Shown here: in pieces, positions 38,609-49,461 of the stretch | How positions within the stretch are numbered: the stretch's first letter is position 1 | Layout: each line of letters begins with the position of its first letter | From: Truepera sp. | GTDB lineage: Bacteria; Deinococcota; Deinococci; Deinococcales; Trueperaceae | Reading direction: 5' to 3' | DNA length: 64,000 bases | Assembly: GCA_965218435.1 (NCBI GenBank) | Contig: CBDCKW010000009.1 | Span: forward strand, 3,488,001 to 3,552,000 | Program-made: the position numbers and the translations under genes | The notes under the pieces: generated by a model | Told to the model about the DNA's origin: nothing | The model's database searches: none | The model's input: only the letters and a program-made list of their open reading frames with translations

Positions 38609-39412
38609 GTGACCCTAGGCGATACAGGTAATACGTCAGGCAGCACGTTGGTGCCTGCTGAGCGTCATCAGCATATTTTGCGGTTGGCACTCGGTGAGCG
38701 GATCGTCCGGATCAAAGACCTCGCGCGGAACTTGGGCGTCCACGAGATGACGATTCGCCGCGACCTCGATACACTCGCCGATCAAGGGTTACTCCAGCGG
38801 GTTCACGGCGGCGCACGCCTGACGCAGCAAGCGGGCGCAGAGGTGGCCTACACGATGCGGGCAACGCAGCAACTCGGGGCCAAGGCGCGGATCGCGCAGG
38901 CTGCGCTCTCGCTGCTTCAAGAGGGCGACACGGTAGGGTTTGACGCGAGTACGACGGCGCTCGCGCTCGCGCAGCGGCTCGGCCGGGTACAGATTCAGGC
39001 GGTCGTTACCGGGCTCGACGTTGCCAACGCGCTGGCCGCGGCCAAAGTCCCCTTTACGCTGATCGGCGGCACCTTTCACGAACGGGCGCACTCGTTTGTC
39101 GGCAATATGGTGACGCAGGGCCTGTCGCGGCTGCACCTCGATACGGTGTTCTTTTCGGCCAAAGGACTCTCTGTCCAAGCCGGTTTTACCGACGCGCACT
39201 TACCTGAAGTTGAGGTTAAAGAGCGGCTCATTGCGACGGGCCGGGTGGTGGTGGCGCTCTTAGACAGCTCAAAGGTGGGGCTCGAGGCGTTTAGCCAAAT
39301 CGTCGGCCTAGAGCAAGTTGACGTGCTGATCACCGACACGCGGCCCTCACCAGCACTGCAAGAGGCGCTCGCCGCCGCTGACGTTCGGCTGATCGTCGCG
39401 GAGGAGGACTGA
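38609..39412 (+). CDS. DeoR/GlpR-family regulator of the rhamnose operon
   Basis: [10 protein letters not shown]...RVHGGA, DASTT and DSSK motifs; first gene of the operon. Confidence 0.9.
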   Translation: MTLGDTGNTSGSTLVPAERHQHILRLALGERIVRIKDLARNLGVHEMTIRRDLDTLADQGLLQRVHGGARLTQQAGAEVAYTMRATQQLGAKARIAQAALSLLQEGDTVGFDASTTALALAQRLGRVQIQAVVTGLDVANALAAAKVPFTLIGGTFHERAHSFVGNMVTQGLSRLHLDTVFFSAKGLSVQAGFTDAHLPEVEVKERLIATGRVVVALLDSSKVGLEAFSQIVGLEQVDVLITDTRPSPALQEALAAADVRLIVAEED

Positions 39413-40581
39413 TGGAGCAGGCCATGCTGGAGGCGCTGCGGGCGCAAGCCATCGAAACGCCGTCGTGGGGCTATGGTGACACAGGCACGCGGTTTAAGAC
39501 GTTTGCTTATCCCGGTGCAGCCCGGAACGTGTGGGAAAAAGTGGCGGACGCTGCCGTGATTCATAAGCTTACCGGTATCGCCCCGCGTGTCGCACTGCAT
39601 ATCCCCTGGGACAAAGTAGACGACTGGGCCGAACTCAAGGCGTTTGCTGAGGGTTTGGGTATCGGTATTGGCGCAATCAACCCAAACGTCTTTCAAGACG
39701 AAGCTTACAAACTTGGCTCACTTGGGCACCCTGACTTGACGGTGCAGCGCAAAGCTATCGCGCACCTGCTCGACTGCTGCGACGTGATGCGTGAGACTGG
39801 CGCGAAAGACCTCTCTCTGTGGTTCGCCGACGGTACCAACTACGCCGGACAAGATAGTCTGAGAATGCGCAAAGCACGTTTTGAATACGGTCTAGCCGAG
39901 GTTTACTCTTGGCTACCAGAGGGAGGCCGGCTGCTCTTAGAGTACAAACCCTTTGAACCGGCCTTTTACGCCACCGACGTTGCCGATTGGGGGATGGCTT
40001 ACGCGCACTGCCTCAAACTCGGACCAAGGGCTCAAGTCTTAGTAGATTTAGGCCATCATCTTCAGGGCACCAACATCGAGCAGATCGTGGCATTTTTACT
40101 CTCCGAAGAAAAGCTCGGCGGGTTTCATTTCAATAGCCGCCGCTACGCCGACGACGACCTCATCGCCGGTACCAAAGACCCCTTTGAGCTGTTCTGTATC
40201 TACACCGAACTTGTGGGGGCCAAACGGGGTGGTCTGCCGGGGGTTGACAACGTCGCCTATATGATTGACCAGAGTCATAACATCGAACCCAAATTAGAGG
40301 CCATGCTTTTATCCGTCCTGAACTGCCAAGAAGCGTATGCCAAAGCACTCCAGCTAGACTTTACGGCGCTCGCGGAGGCGCAAACTGCGGGCGACGTGTT
40401 AGGTGCGCACGAGATTTTGATGGACGCATTTAGAACCGACGTGCGGCCCCTACTGCGTGAGTTCCGCGAGACGTTAGGCATAGACCCTGACCCGCTGCAA
40501 GCCTTAAAGCAAGGCGGTTACGCTGAGAAAAATGCTGCCGAGCGCGGCACCGCGACCGGGGGCGGCGGTTATCCGAGCTGA
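39412..40581 (+). CDS. rhaI: L-rhamnose isomerase (RhaI type)
   Basis: [33 protein letters not shown] and DQSHNIEPK motifs. Confidence 0.92.
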   Translation: MEQAMLEALRAQAIETPSWGYGDTGTRFKTFAYPGAARNVWEKVADAAVIHKLTGIAPRVALHIPWDKVDDWAELKAFAEGLGIGIGAINPNVFQDEAYKLGSLGHPDLTVQRKAIAHLLDCCDVMRETGAKDLSLWFADGTNYAGQDSLRMRKARFEYGLAEVYSWLPEGGRLLLEYKPFEPAFYATDVADWGMAYAHCLKLGPRAQVLVDLGHHLQGTNIEQIVAFLLSEEKLGGFHFNSRRYADDDLIAGTKDPFELFCIYTELVGAKRGGLPGVDNVAYMIDQSHNIEPKLEAMLLSVLNCQEAYAKALQLDFTALAEAQTAGDVLGAHEILMDAFRTDVRPLLREFRETLGIDPDPLQALKQGGYAEKNAAERGTATGGGGYPS

Positions 40582-41324
40582 TGCGCGTCTCGCTGTTTAT
40601 TACCTGCTATACCGATACGCTCTTTCCTGAAACCGGCCGAGCCGTCGTTGAAGTCTTGGAACGCCTCGGTCACATCGTTGACTTTCCCGAAGCGCAGACG
40701 TGTTGCGGGCAGATGCACGTCAATACCGGCTATCAACAAGAGGTGGTGCCGCTGGTTCGGCACTTTGCCGAGACGTTCCGGGACGCTGAGGTCATCGTCT
40801 CGCCGTCGGCGTCTTGTGTAGGCTTGGTTCGTGAGCTTTATCCAACCTTAGCGCGGCGTACTGGAGATGATGCCCTCGTCGCCGAAGTTGAGGCACTTTC
40901 TAAAAAAGTCTTTGAGTTCTCCGAATTCTTGGTCAAAGAATTGGGTATTTCAGATGTCGGCGCGTACTACCCGCACCGCGTGACGTACCATCCGACGTGT
41001 CACAGCTTGCGGGGGCTTAAAGTTGGCGACGCGCCGATTAAGTTGCTCGAGCAGGTGAGGGGGCTCGAGCTCATCCCGTTAGAAAATGCCGCCGAGTGCT
41101 GCGGGTTCGGCGGCACCTTTGCGATTAAAAATGCCGACACCAGCACCGCGATGCTCTCGGACAAGGTGCGCTGCATCTTAAACGGGAAAGCCGAAGTCTG
41201 CGCCGCCGCCGACAACTCGTGTTTGCTGCATATCGGCGGGGCGCTCCACCGGGGGCGCACGGGTGTCCGAACGGTTCACCTCGCGGAGATTTTGGCCTCG
41301 ACTGAAGGGGACACAGGTGTCTAA
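40581..41324 (+). CDS. lutA: L-lactate utilization protein A (CCG domains)
   Basis: QTCCGQ, YHPTCH and ECCGFGGTF motifs. Confidence 0.9.
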   Translation: MRVSLFITCYTDTLFPETGRAVVEVLERLGHIVDFPEAQTCCGQMHVNTGYQQEVVPLVRHFAETFRDAEVIVSPSASCVGLVRELYPTLARRTGDDALVAEVEALSKKVFEFSEFLVKELGISDVGAYYPHRVTYHPTCHSLRGLKVGDAPIKLLEQVRGLELIPLENAAECCGFGGTFAIKNADTSTAMLSDKVRCILNGKAEVCAAADNSCLLHIGGALHRGRTGVRTVHLAEILASTEGDTGV

Positions 41325-42747
41325 AGCTGTTGCACTACCCATGCGGTTTGAACAGGCGGCAAAACGCACGCTCGCCGACACACAGTTACGCCGCAACTTA
41401 GGTAAGGCAACCACAACCATCCGGGAAAAACGGGCGGCAGTCGTGTCTGAACTGCCCGATTGGGAGGCGCTTCGGGACGCGGGCGCTAAGGTTAAAGCGC
41501 AGGTCATGGCAAACTTGGACGGGTATTTGGAGGGGCTCGAGGCCGCCGTGACTAGGGCCGGGGGACACGTTCATTGGGCCAGAGACGCCGCCGAAGCGAA
41601 TCAGCTTATTACGAAGCTCGTTAAACAGCACGGCGCAAGTGAAGTGATCAAAGTTAAATCTATGACCACGGACGAAATCGGCTTAAATGATGCACTTGCC
41701 GAGGTTGGCGTACAGGCCATCGAAACCGATTTAGCCGAACTGATTATTCAACTCGCCGGTGAAACTTCGTCTCACATTTTGGTGCCCGCGATTCATAAAA
41801 ACCGTGCTGAAATCCGTGAACTCTTTATGCGGACCTTGAAGCTGCCGGAGTTGTCTGATGAACCCGCAGCTTTAGCAGGAGCGGCGCGGCGCTATTTGCG
41901 AGAAAAGTTTTTAAGCGTTCCAGTCGGGATCAGTGGGGCGAACTTTGCGGTAGCCGAAACCGGCACCGTCGGCGTGGTCGAGTCCGAGGGCAACGGGCGG
42001 ATGTGCCTCACGCTGCCTAAAGTGCTTATTTCAGTCATGGGCATCGAAAAAATCCTTCCGACGTGGCGTAACCTCGAGGTCTTTTTACAGCTCTTACCGC
42101 GCTCGTCAACCGGTGAGCGGATGAACCCATATACCTCGTTTTGGACAGGCGTCACACCGGGCGACGGGCCGCAAGAGTTCCACCTCGTCTTGCTCGACAA
42201 CGGGCGCACGGAAGTGCTGGCCGATGAGGTCGGGCGTGCGGCGCTGCACTGTATCCGCTGCAGCGCGTGCTTAAACGTCTGCCCGGTGTATGAGCGGGCG
42301 GGCGGTCACGCGTACGGGTCGGTCTATCCGGGGCCGATCGGGGCGATTCTGACGCCGCAACTTAAAGGCGTCCAGAACGCGTCATCGCTGCCCTTCGCGT
42401 CGTCATTGTGCGGGGCATGTTATGAAGTCTGCCCGGTCAAGATTGATATTCCCAACATCCTAGTTCACTTACGAGCCGAGGTTGTGGAGCAAAAGGCTGA
42501 GAAACCTTTGAACAAGCTCGAGCCCGAACGCCTTGCAATGACGGCGGCGGCTCACGTCTTCGCTGTCCCAAGCCGTTACGAACGGGCGCAACGGTTGGCA
42601 CGGACGGCGCAGGGGCCGTTTGTCCGGCGGGGATTTTTGGAGCGTCTACCGGGGCCGCTCGCAGGTTGGTCACTGGCGAGAGACCTTAAAGCTGTCCCGA
42701 AAGAGCCCTTTAGAGACTGGTGGCGGAAAAGGCAACGCAGTGAGTAA
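41317..42747 (+). CDS. lutB: L-lactate utilization Fe-S protein B
   Basis: KSMTTDEI, ETDLAE, ESEGNGR, CIRCSACLNVCP and SSLCGACYEVCP motifs. Confidence 0.92.
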   Translation: MSKAVALPMRFEQAAKRTLADTQLRRNLGKATTTIREKRAAVVSELPDWEALRDAGAKVKAQVMANLDGYLEGLEAAVTRAGGHVHWARDAAEANQLITKLVKQHGASEVIKVKSMTTDEIGLNDALAEVGVQAIETDLAELIIQLAGETSSHILVPAIHKNRAEIRELFMRTLKLPELSDEPAALAGAARRYLREKFLSVPVGISGANFAVAETGTVGVVESEGNGRMCLTLPKVLISVMGIEKILPTWRNLEVFLQLLPRSSTGERMNPYTSFWTGVTPGDGPQEFHLVLLDNGRTEVLADEVGRAALHCIRCSACLNVCPVYERAGGHAYGSVYPGPIGAILTPQLKGVQNASSLPFASSLCGACYEVCPVKIDIPNILVHLRAEVVEQKAEKPLNKLEPERLAMTAAAHVFAVPSRYERAQRLARTAQGPFVRRGFLERLPGPLAGWSLARDLKAVPKEPFRDWWRKRQRSE

Positions 42748-43369
42748 TGCCAAAACAGAGATTTTAAGCCGGATACGGGGCGCTTTGGGTGAAACTCGAA
42801 GTGAGGTTGAGGTGTCTCGAGCCTACCTCCACACCTCAGACTTATCTCAAACCGAACTGCTTAAAGCGTTCGCTGAGCGTGTGACCGAGTACCGTGCGTC
42901 GGTCTACCGGACGACTGAGGTTGAACTGAGAAAAAAAGTGTCGGAGGTTTGCCGCTTGCACAAAGCAAAAACGCTCGTTATTCCCTCCGACTTACCAGAA
43001 ACCTGGCTTCCTAACGAGGTGCAGTTTATCCGTGACGGCGAACTGACCAACGCCGAGCTGAGCGCCGCCGACGGCGTGTTGAGCGGGTGCGCATTGGCCG
43101 TGGCGCAGACAGGCACCCTCGTTTTAGACGGCGGCATGTACCAGGGGCGGCGGGCACTTACCCTGCTCCCTGACCTACATCTTTGTGTCGTCTTTGCACG
43201 GCAGGTCGTCGGGACGATTCCCGAGGCGGTTACGGCGCTGCAAAAGGTGGCAATACGCCCTTTGACTTTGATTTCGGGGCCGTCAGCCACGTCGGACATT
43301 GAACTAAACCGGGTCGAGGGCGTTCACGGTCCCCGCACGCTTAATGTTTTGCTCGTAGAGGAGTCTTAA
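42740..43369 (+). CDS. lutC: L-lactate utilization protein C (LUD domain)
   Basis: GRRALTLLPD and ISGPSATSDIE...GVHGPR motifs. Confidence 0.9.
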   Translation: MSNAKTEILSRIRGALGETRSEVEVSRAYLHTSDLSQTELLKAFAERVTEYRASVYRTTEVELRKKVSEVCRLHKAKTLVIPSDLPETWLPNEVQFIRDGELTNAELSAADGVLSGCALAVAQTGTLVLDGGMYQGRRALTLLPDLHLCVVFARQVVGTIPEAVTALQKVAIRPLTLISGPSATSDIELNRVEGVHGPRTLNVLLVEES

Positions 43370-45544
43370 GTGGAGTTTCAGCATGTAACCTACCTGTGGG
43401 ACGATGAGAAAGCGGCAGCTTTAGACCCGGTTGAGCGGCTCGTCTACCGCTCGAACTTGTTAGGCCAAGACCAGCGCATCACCAATACGGGCGGCGGCAA
43501 CACTTCGGCGAAACTCACCATGAAGGACCCGCTGAGCGGCGAAGACGTACAAATCCTCTGGGTTAAAGGTTCGGGCGGCGACCTCCGGACGGCCAAACGG
43601 GAGAACTTCGCTTCACTCTATATGCGGAAATTGGAGGCGCTTAAAGCTATTTATGAAGCTGCACCCGATAAAGGTGTCAAAACGCCCATCGAAGACGAGA
43701 TGGTAGCACTGTATCCGCATACAGTTTATGGGCTCAACTCGAGAGCCTCATCAATAGACACGCCGCTGCACGCGTTTATCCCCTTTAAGCATGTGGACCA
43801 CACCCACCCGAACGCGGTGATTGCAGTTGCGGCGTCTGAAAACGGTGAGGCGCTCACCCGTGAAATTTACGGCGATGAGGTCGGCTGGATACCGTGGCAA
43901 CGCCCTGGATTTGACTTAGGCTTAAAGATGCAAAAGATGGTCGAAGAGAATCCGAACCTCAGAGGTCTGGTGATGGGGCAGCACGGGCTGATCAACTGGG
44001 CGGACGACGACAAGGCGTGTTATGAACTGACCCTGACGCTGATTGAAAAGGCGGCGCGGTTTATTGAGGCTAGAGACAAGGGCGCAGCGACGTTCGGCGA
44101 GCAGAAGGTTGCGCAGGTTGGCGAAACAGACCGCAATGAACTTTTACGGCGCGTTTTGCCTGTTTTACGGGGGCTGGTTTCACAAAAAAATCGGTTTGTG
44201 GCGACGGTGGAGGCAAGGGCGGAAGTTTTGGAGTTCGTTTGCAGCTACGACGCGCCCCGTTTAGCTGAACTCGGGACGAGTTGCCCCGACCACTTTTTGC
44301 GCACCAAAATCAAACCGCTTTATCTTGACTGGACCCCGGACGAGGGGGTAGAGGCGCTGCTTGATGGGCTCGAGCCCGCGCTGGCGCGTTACCGCACCGA
44401 TTACACGGCCTACTACGAAACGTGCAGACATCCTGACTCACCGCCGCTACGTGACCCTAACCCGACCGTCATCCTTATTCCTGGTGTCGGCATGATTGCT
44501 TTCGGTAAAAACAAGAGCGAATCACGCGTGACGGCTGAGTTTTACACCTGCGCGGTCGCAGTGATGCGCGGCGCGGAGGCTATCGGTCACTACGTTTCAC
44601 TGCCTGCCCAAGAAGCCTTTGACATCGAATACTGGGCGCTCGAGGAAGCTAAACTCCGCCGGATGCCGCCTGAAAAAGAGTTTGCCCGCAGCGTCGTCGT
44701 AGTTGTCGGAGCGGGTAGCGGCATCGGCCGTGCGGTGGCTGAACGTGTGGCGGCAGAGGGCGCACACGTCGTCGCAGCAGACTTGAGTTTAGACGCGGCG
44801 CAGGCGACAGCGGACATTTTGACAGAGCAGTACGGCGTGGGTATCGGCGTGTCGGGAAAGGGCGTGTCAGGCTGCGGCCCCGCGCTCGGCGTACAGGTTG
44901 ACGTGACGAATCGCCCCAGCATTCAGGAGATGTTTGAGCAGGTCGTTCTGGCTTACGGCGGCGTTGATACCATCATCGTCACCGCAGGCATCTTTATCTC
45001 ACCTGACGCTGGCGGACACATTCCCGACGACGGTTGGGCGAAGACGTTTGGTATCAACGTGACAGGCGGTTATCTCGTCGCCGACGAAGCGCGGCGTATC
45101 TGGGCGGCGCAGGGGCTGAGCGGCAGTCTGGTTTTGACGACGAGTGTCAACGGGGCCGTGCCGAAAAAGGGTTCTTTGGCTTACGACACTTCAAAAGCGG
45201 CGGCGAACCATTTGGTGCGGGAATTGGCGCTCGAGCTTTCTCCCCTCGTCCGGGTCAACGGTCTGGCCCCGGCAACCGTCGTCGAAGGTAGCGCGATGTT
45301 TCCCAGGGAGCGTGTGATCAGTTCACTCACCAAATATGACATATCTTTTACTGAATCTGAGAGTACCGAAGCCTTACGCGACAAACTCTCCGCCTTTTAC
45401 GCCGAACGCACGCTGACTAAATCCCCGATTACCTTAGCTGACCAAGCCGAAGCCGCCTATCTATTGGCAAGCAGCAAGCTGGCTAAAACAACCGGTCAGA
45501 TTTTAAGTGTAGATGGGGGCTTGCCGGAGGCGTTTTTACGGTAA
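43370..45544 (+). CDS. Bifunctional rhamnulose-1-phosphate aldolase / lactaldehyde dehydrogenase (RhaEW)
   Basis: Class II aldolase (GGGNTS, VKGSGGDL, SIDTPLH, DHTHP, SCPDHFLRTK) fused to an SDR (GAGSGIG, YDTSK). Confidence 0.92.
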   Translation: MEFQHVTYLWDDEKAAALDPVERLVYRSNLLGQDQRITNTGGGNTSAKLTMKDPLSGEDVQILWVKGSGGDLRTAKRENFASLYMRKLEALKAIYEAAPDKGVKTPIEDEMVALYPHTVYGLNSRASSIDTPLHAFIPFKHVDHTHPNAVIAVAASENGEALTREIYGDEVGWIPWQRPGFDLGLKMQKMVEENPNLRGLVMGQHGLINWADDDKACYELTLTLIEKAARFIEARDKGAATFGEQKVAQVGETDRNELLRRVLPVLRGLVSQKNRFVATVEARAEVLEFVCSYDAPRLAELGTSCPDHFLRTKIKPLYLDWTPDEGVEALLDGLEPALARYRTDYTAYYETCRHPDSPPLRDPNPTVILIPGVGMIAFGKNKSESRVTAEFYTCAVAVMRGAEAIGHYVSLPAQEAFDIEYWALEEAKLRRMPPEKEFARSVVVVVGAGSGIGRAVAERVAAEGAHVVAADLSLDAAQATADILTEQYGVGIGVSGKGVSGCGPALGVQVDVTNRPSIQEMFEQVVLAYGGVDTIIVTAGIFISPDAGGHIPDDGWAKTFGINVTGGYLVADEARRIWAAQGLSGSLVLTTSVNGAVPKKGSLAYDTSKAAANHLVRELALELSPLVRVNGLAPATVVEGSAMFPRERVISSLTKYDISFTESESTEALRDKLSAFYAERTLTKSPITLADQAEAAYLLASSKLAKTTGQILSVDGGLPEAFLR

Positions 45545-45583
45545 AGACGTTTGGCAAGTCCTTTTTAGCTTTAGGATGAACTT

Positions 45584-46453
45584 ATGAAACTTGCATGGAT
45601 CGGTCTTGGAACGATGGGTGCGCCGATGGCGCAGCGGTTGGTAGACGCAGGGTATAACGTGACGGTACACAACCGTACCCGTAAACGAGAAGAGAGTGTT
45701 ACAGGCGCAAAACGCGCTGCCAGCCCCCAAGAAGCCGCGTCGGACTGCGACATCGTGTTTACAATGGTCAGCGATACCCCGGACGCTGAAGCCGTGATTA
45801 CCGGTGAAAAGGGTGCGCTGTACGGGATGAAACCCGGCAGCGTCCTCGTAGATATGAGCACCATCAGCCCGAGCGTGACGCAAATGTTAGCCGCGCAGCT
45901 CTCTGAAAAAGATGTGGAGATGCTCGACGCACCTGTTTCCGGCGGCAGCGAAGGAGCCCAAAAGGGAACGCTCGCGGTGATGGTCGGGGGCAAAGCTGAA
46001 GTCTTGGAGCGCGTCCGGGACGTACTTTCGCACCTCGCCAAGTCTGTAACTTATGTGGGGCCGTCCGGCAGTGGGCAACTCGTCAAAGCGATCAACCAGG
46101 TCGTGATTGCCGGGACGTATGCAGCAGTTGCTGAAGGGATGGCGGTGGGTCTAGCTGCAAACCTCGATATGGACGCGGTGGTTTCGGCGATTGCAGGCGG
46201 CGCGGCGGGGTCTTGGGTCTTAGAAAACCGCAGCGGCAACATGATTCGGGGTGAGTATCCGCTCGGATTTCGGACGCGGCTGCACCGCAAAGATTTAGGG
46301 ATTGCGCTCTCAGCGGCCAGGGATTTGGGTGTCCCGCTTCAGGTTACGGCGCTCGTGGAACAGCTCGAGACCGGCCTGATTAAACGCGGCTACGGCGACG
46401 AAGACGTGTCGAACATCGCCCGTGCGGTGCGGGAAAGTGCAGGGCTGAAATGA
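45584..46453 (+). CDS. Beta-hydroxyacid dehydrogenase (3-hydroxyisobutyrate/tartronate-semialdehyde reductase family)
   Basis: GLGTMG, DAPVSGG and KAINQ motifs. Confidence 0.92.
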   Translation: MKLAWIGLGTMGAPMAQRLVDAGYNVTVHNRTRKREESVTGAKRAASPQEAASDCDIVFTMVSDTPDAEAVITGEKGALYGMKPGSVLVDMSTISPSVTQMLAAQLSEKDVEMLDAPVSGGSEGAQKGTLAVMVGGKAEVLERVRDVLSHLAKSVTYVGPSGSGQLVKAINQVVIAGTYAAVAEGMAVGLAANLDMDAVVSAIAGGAAGSWVLENRSGNMIRGEYPLGFRTRLHRKDLGIALSAARDLGVPLQVTALVEQLETGLIKRGYGDEDVSNIARAVRESAGLK

Positions 46454-46989
46454 GTTTGGGTGAAGCTTACCTGACCGACGTTCGGAGCCGTTTCGTCAGC
46501 CTGAAAAAGCTGGCAGATGACGCGCTGGGGCAAGCTGACGCTGACTTTTTTACCGTGTCTGGGCCGGAGGATAACAGTTTAGCTGTCATCGTCAAACACC
46601 TGAGCGGGAATATGGTCTCGAGGTGGGGCAATTTGAGTGAAGACGGGGAGAGTGAGACTAGGGACCGAGACGCCGAGTTCGTCATTTCGGAAAGTCAGGA
46701 AGGATTACTAGTGCTTTGGGAAAAGGGCTGGACAACGGTTTTTGACGCTCTGGACTCGCTAACGCCTGACAACCTTTTGGACACCGTAACGATTCGCGGC
46801 GAAGCGCATACTGTTTTGCAGGCCATCAACCGCCAGCTGAGCCACTACGCCTGTCATGTGGGACAAATCGTTTTTCTCGCCAAGCACTTTTGCGGTGAGG
46901 TGTGGGAGAGCTTGAGTATTCCGCGTGGCGAGTCGGTAGCGTTTAACGAGAAGATGATGGGCAAGTCAAAAGAAGATGGGGCAGCCTGA
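46450..46989 (+). CDS. DUF1572 (DinB superfamily) protein
   Basis: NSLAVIVKHLSGNM.SRW...RDRDAEF...HY..HVGQI pattern. Confidence 0.85.
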   Translation: MSLGEAYLTDVRSRFVSLKKLADDALGQADADFFTVSGPEDNSLAVIVKHLSGNMVSRWGNLSEDGESETRDRDAEFVISESQEGLLVLWEKGWTTVFDALDSLTPDNLLDTVTIRGEAHTVLQAINRQLSHYACHVGQIVFLAKHFCGEVWESLSIPRGESVAFNEKMMGKSKEDGAA

Positions 46990-47013
46990 ACTGCCCCGTA
47001 TAGCGAACTTAGC

Positions 47014-48000
47014 TTAGCGGCGGCTTGCTAATGTTAGCCAAGCCGGTTCGATGTCGTAACCGAGCGCCCGGTTGACCCGCAAAATCGGCGTGTCGGTGCC
47101 CGCGCCGCCTGAGTTGATGTGAGTGTGTCCTAACTGCTTGGCCGCGTCAGCACTTAAGGCTTTGAGGACGCGCCCGATACCTCGGTAGCGGTAGGGGGCG
47201 GTGACGGCGGTGAGGCCGGAGTGCAGCATCCGGTCGCCCCGGTCTACGCTTGCTACGCCTATGATCTCTTTGTCTTTGACGGCAACCATAACTGTCTCGG
47301 GAAACGTGGCTTCGTCCTCTACATCGTCAAACTCAGCGGTAGCGATGGGCTCAAAGAGCGGCATGTCGCGTTTGGCTTCGGCGTGAAGAGCTTGGACTTT
47401 ACTGTGTTTTTCGGGGTCGTCAAGCGTTTGATAGGGGAGAAAGCTGAAACCGTTTTGCTCGAGCCCCTCCTTCAATTCTTGAAACCTGTTGACATCAAAC
47501 GCCGTGAGGTCGAAGTGTCCGCCCCACGTCCGGCCTTGCTCGAGGAAGTTTTCATCCCGTAAAAATCCGGCGGGCTCCGTAAAATCCTCTCGGACGACGG
47601 TCCAAACTTCTTTAGCGGGAGGCTTTAAGTCTTCGAGCGCGTAGTGCAGCATTTGGGTGTCTACACCTTGGTTCCGGTAGTCAGCCCGGACGTAGAGACC
47701 CACCCAGTAGCGTTCCGAGTAGCGCATCCCGCCCCAATCGTGGCGAAGATAGCCGGTCGCAATGATTTCATCGTCTAAAACAGCGACGTAGCGACGGTAA
47801 AACGGGTCTTGCCCTGTCAGCTTCAGGTCGAGACGTTTTAACTGCTCGGGGGTGTAGTGAAAATCGGGTTCGTTTTGGGCGTTATGGATTTCTGAGACGG
47901 CCGCGTAGTCGTCCCCTGTCGGTTGCCGAAAGGCAAGTCCTGCTTTGGGTGACAAAGTATGCTCCTTGTACATGTCGAGGTTGTAGGTTTCTGGAGACAT
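47014..48000 (-). CDS. Tandem GNAT acetyltransferase
   Basis: VRADYRNQG and TAVTAPYRYRGIG...N..LGY motifs. Confidence 0.85.
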   Translation of the reverse strand: MSPETYNLDMYKEHTLSPKAGLAFRQPTGDDYAAVSEIHNAQNEPDFHYTPEQLKRLDLKLTGQDPFYRRYVAVLDDEIIATGYLRHDWGGMRYSERYWVGLYVRADYRNQGVDTQMLHYALEDLKPPAKEVWTVVREDFTEPAGFLRDENFLEQGRTWGGHFDLTAFDVNRFQELKEGLEQNGFSFLPYQTLDDPEKHSKVQALHAEAKRDMPLFEPIATAEFDDVEDEATFPETVMVAVKDKEIIGVASVDRGDRMLHSGLTAVTAPYRYRGIGRVLKALSADAAKQLGHTHINSGGAGTDTPILRVNRALGYDIEPAWLTLASRR

Positions 48001-48123
48001 TTAGGTCGCGGTAGACAATCATGAGTCACCCTCTTTCGGTCAGATGGCTGAGTTTAGATGATGCACACGGTTTCTGCAAGCTGTAACCTTGACAGACCCT
48101 GCTATACGCCCGACCATAAAGGT

Positions 48124-49458
48124 ATGACCCTCGCTACACCGCCCCGCGTCCCCGGCCACCCGATTTTGGGTAACTTGCCCGCCTACCGTGACAATCCGCT
48201 CGTTTTTGGCCGCCAAGTCTCAGCCGAATACGGCGACGTGGTGGACTTGCGTATCCTGAACCGCCGCATCTTTTTGCTCTCTCGTCCCGAACACATCCAT
48301 CAGGTTTTAGTCAAAGACGCCGACAAGTTTCATAAATCGCCGGTCTACCGCATTTTTCTGGGCCGTGCGCTCGGTGAAGGTTTGCTGACCAGCGAGGGCG
48401 ACTTTTGGAAGCGGCAACGCAAACTGGCGCAACCTGCGTTTCATTACGGGCGGATTCAGAGCTACGCCGAGACGATGGTCGAATATGCGGACGTGACAGC
48501 AAAGCGTTGGGCTGCTAAGGAGACGGTTCAGGTAGGTCAAGAAATGGCCCGGTTGACGCTCGAGGTCGTCTGCCGGACCCTCTTTAGCACCGATATTCGC
48601 GGTCAAGCCGACCGTATCGGTCACGCGCTCACAGAGCTTTTAGAAGCTGTCACCGAGGCGACGGGTGCGCCGGTTTTTTTACCTGAATGGTTGCCGACAA
48701 GGAACAACCGCCGCATCCGGCGCGGCGTCGCTGAGCTTGACAGTGTGATCATGCCACTGATTGAGGAACGTAGGCGAAGCGGCGACGATACCGGTGACCT
48801 GCTCTCGATGCTGCTCTTAGCCCGCGACGAAGACGGTAACGGCATGAGCGATAAGCAAGTCCGTGATGAGGCCGTGACCATTGTGTTAGCTGGACACGAA
48901 ACGACGGCGAACGCACTTACCTGGGCTTGGGTGCTGCTGGCGCAACACCCGGAGGTTGAAGCGAAACTTCACGCGGAGCTAGATACGGTTTTAGAGGGCG
49001 AATTGCCGAGGTTAGAACACGTCCGGCGGCTCCCTTATACCGATATGGTGATGAAAGAGACGATGCGCCTCTACCCACCCATCCCCGAGTTCGGGCGGCA
49101 GGCGACGGAAGACGTGCAGCTCGGGGACTACGCGGTTCCGGCGGGCACCATCATCATCGTCCCAGTCTACGCGGTCCATCACGACGCCCGTTGGTTTGAA
49201 AGCCCTGATGCATTTCGCCCGGAACGTTTCTCTAAAGACGCGGCTGCAACGCTGCCTAAGTTCGCCTATCTGCCCTTTAGCGGTGGGCCGCGCGTGTGTA
49301 TCGGCAACAGTTTCGCGCAGATGGAGTCGGTGCTGCTCTTAGCAACTTTGGCGCAACGCTACCGGCTCAGCTTGACACCGGGTCAGAGCGTCACGCCCGA
49401 AGCGACGCTGACCCTCCGGCCTCAAGAGACACTGACGATGCATCTTCACCCGCGCTAA
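48124..49458 (+). CDS. Cytochrome P450
   Basis: AGHETT, ETMR, PERF and FSGGPRVCIG heme motif. Confidence 0.95.
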   Translation: MTLATPPRVPGHPILGNLPAYRDNPLVFGRQVSAEYGDVVDLRILNRRIFLLSRPEHIHQVLVKDADKFHKSPVYRIFLGRALGEGLLTSEGDFWKRQRKLAQPAFHYGRIQSYAETMVEYADVTAKRWAAKETVQVGQEMARLTLEVVCRTLFSTDIRGQADRIGHALTELLEAVTEATGAPVFLPEWLPTRNNRRIRRGVAELDSVIMPLIEERRRSGDDTGDLLSMLLLARDEDGNGMSDKQVRDEAVTIVLAGHETTANALTWAWVLLAQHPEVEAKLHAELDTVLEGELPRLEHVRRLPYTDMVMKETMRLYPPIPEFGRQATEDVQLGDYAVPAGTIIIVPVYAVHHDARWFESPDAFRPERFSKDAAATLPKFAYLPFSGGPRVCIGNSFAQMESVLLLATLAQRYRLSLTPGQSVTPEATLTLRPQETLTMHLHPR

Positions 49459-49461
49459 CAG

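Noticed and set aside
3411..49458. Ferredoxin, ferredoxin reductase and P450 as one dedicated system
   Set aside because: The genes are 4-45 kb apart in unrelated contexts, with no shared regulatory signal seen.
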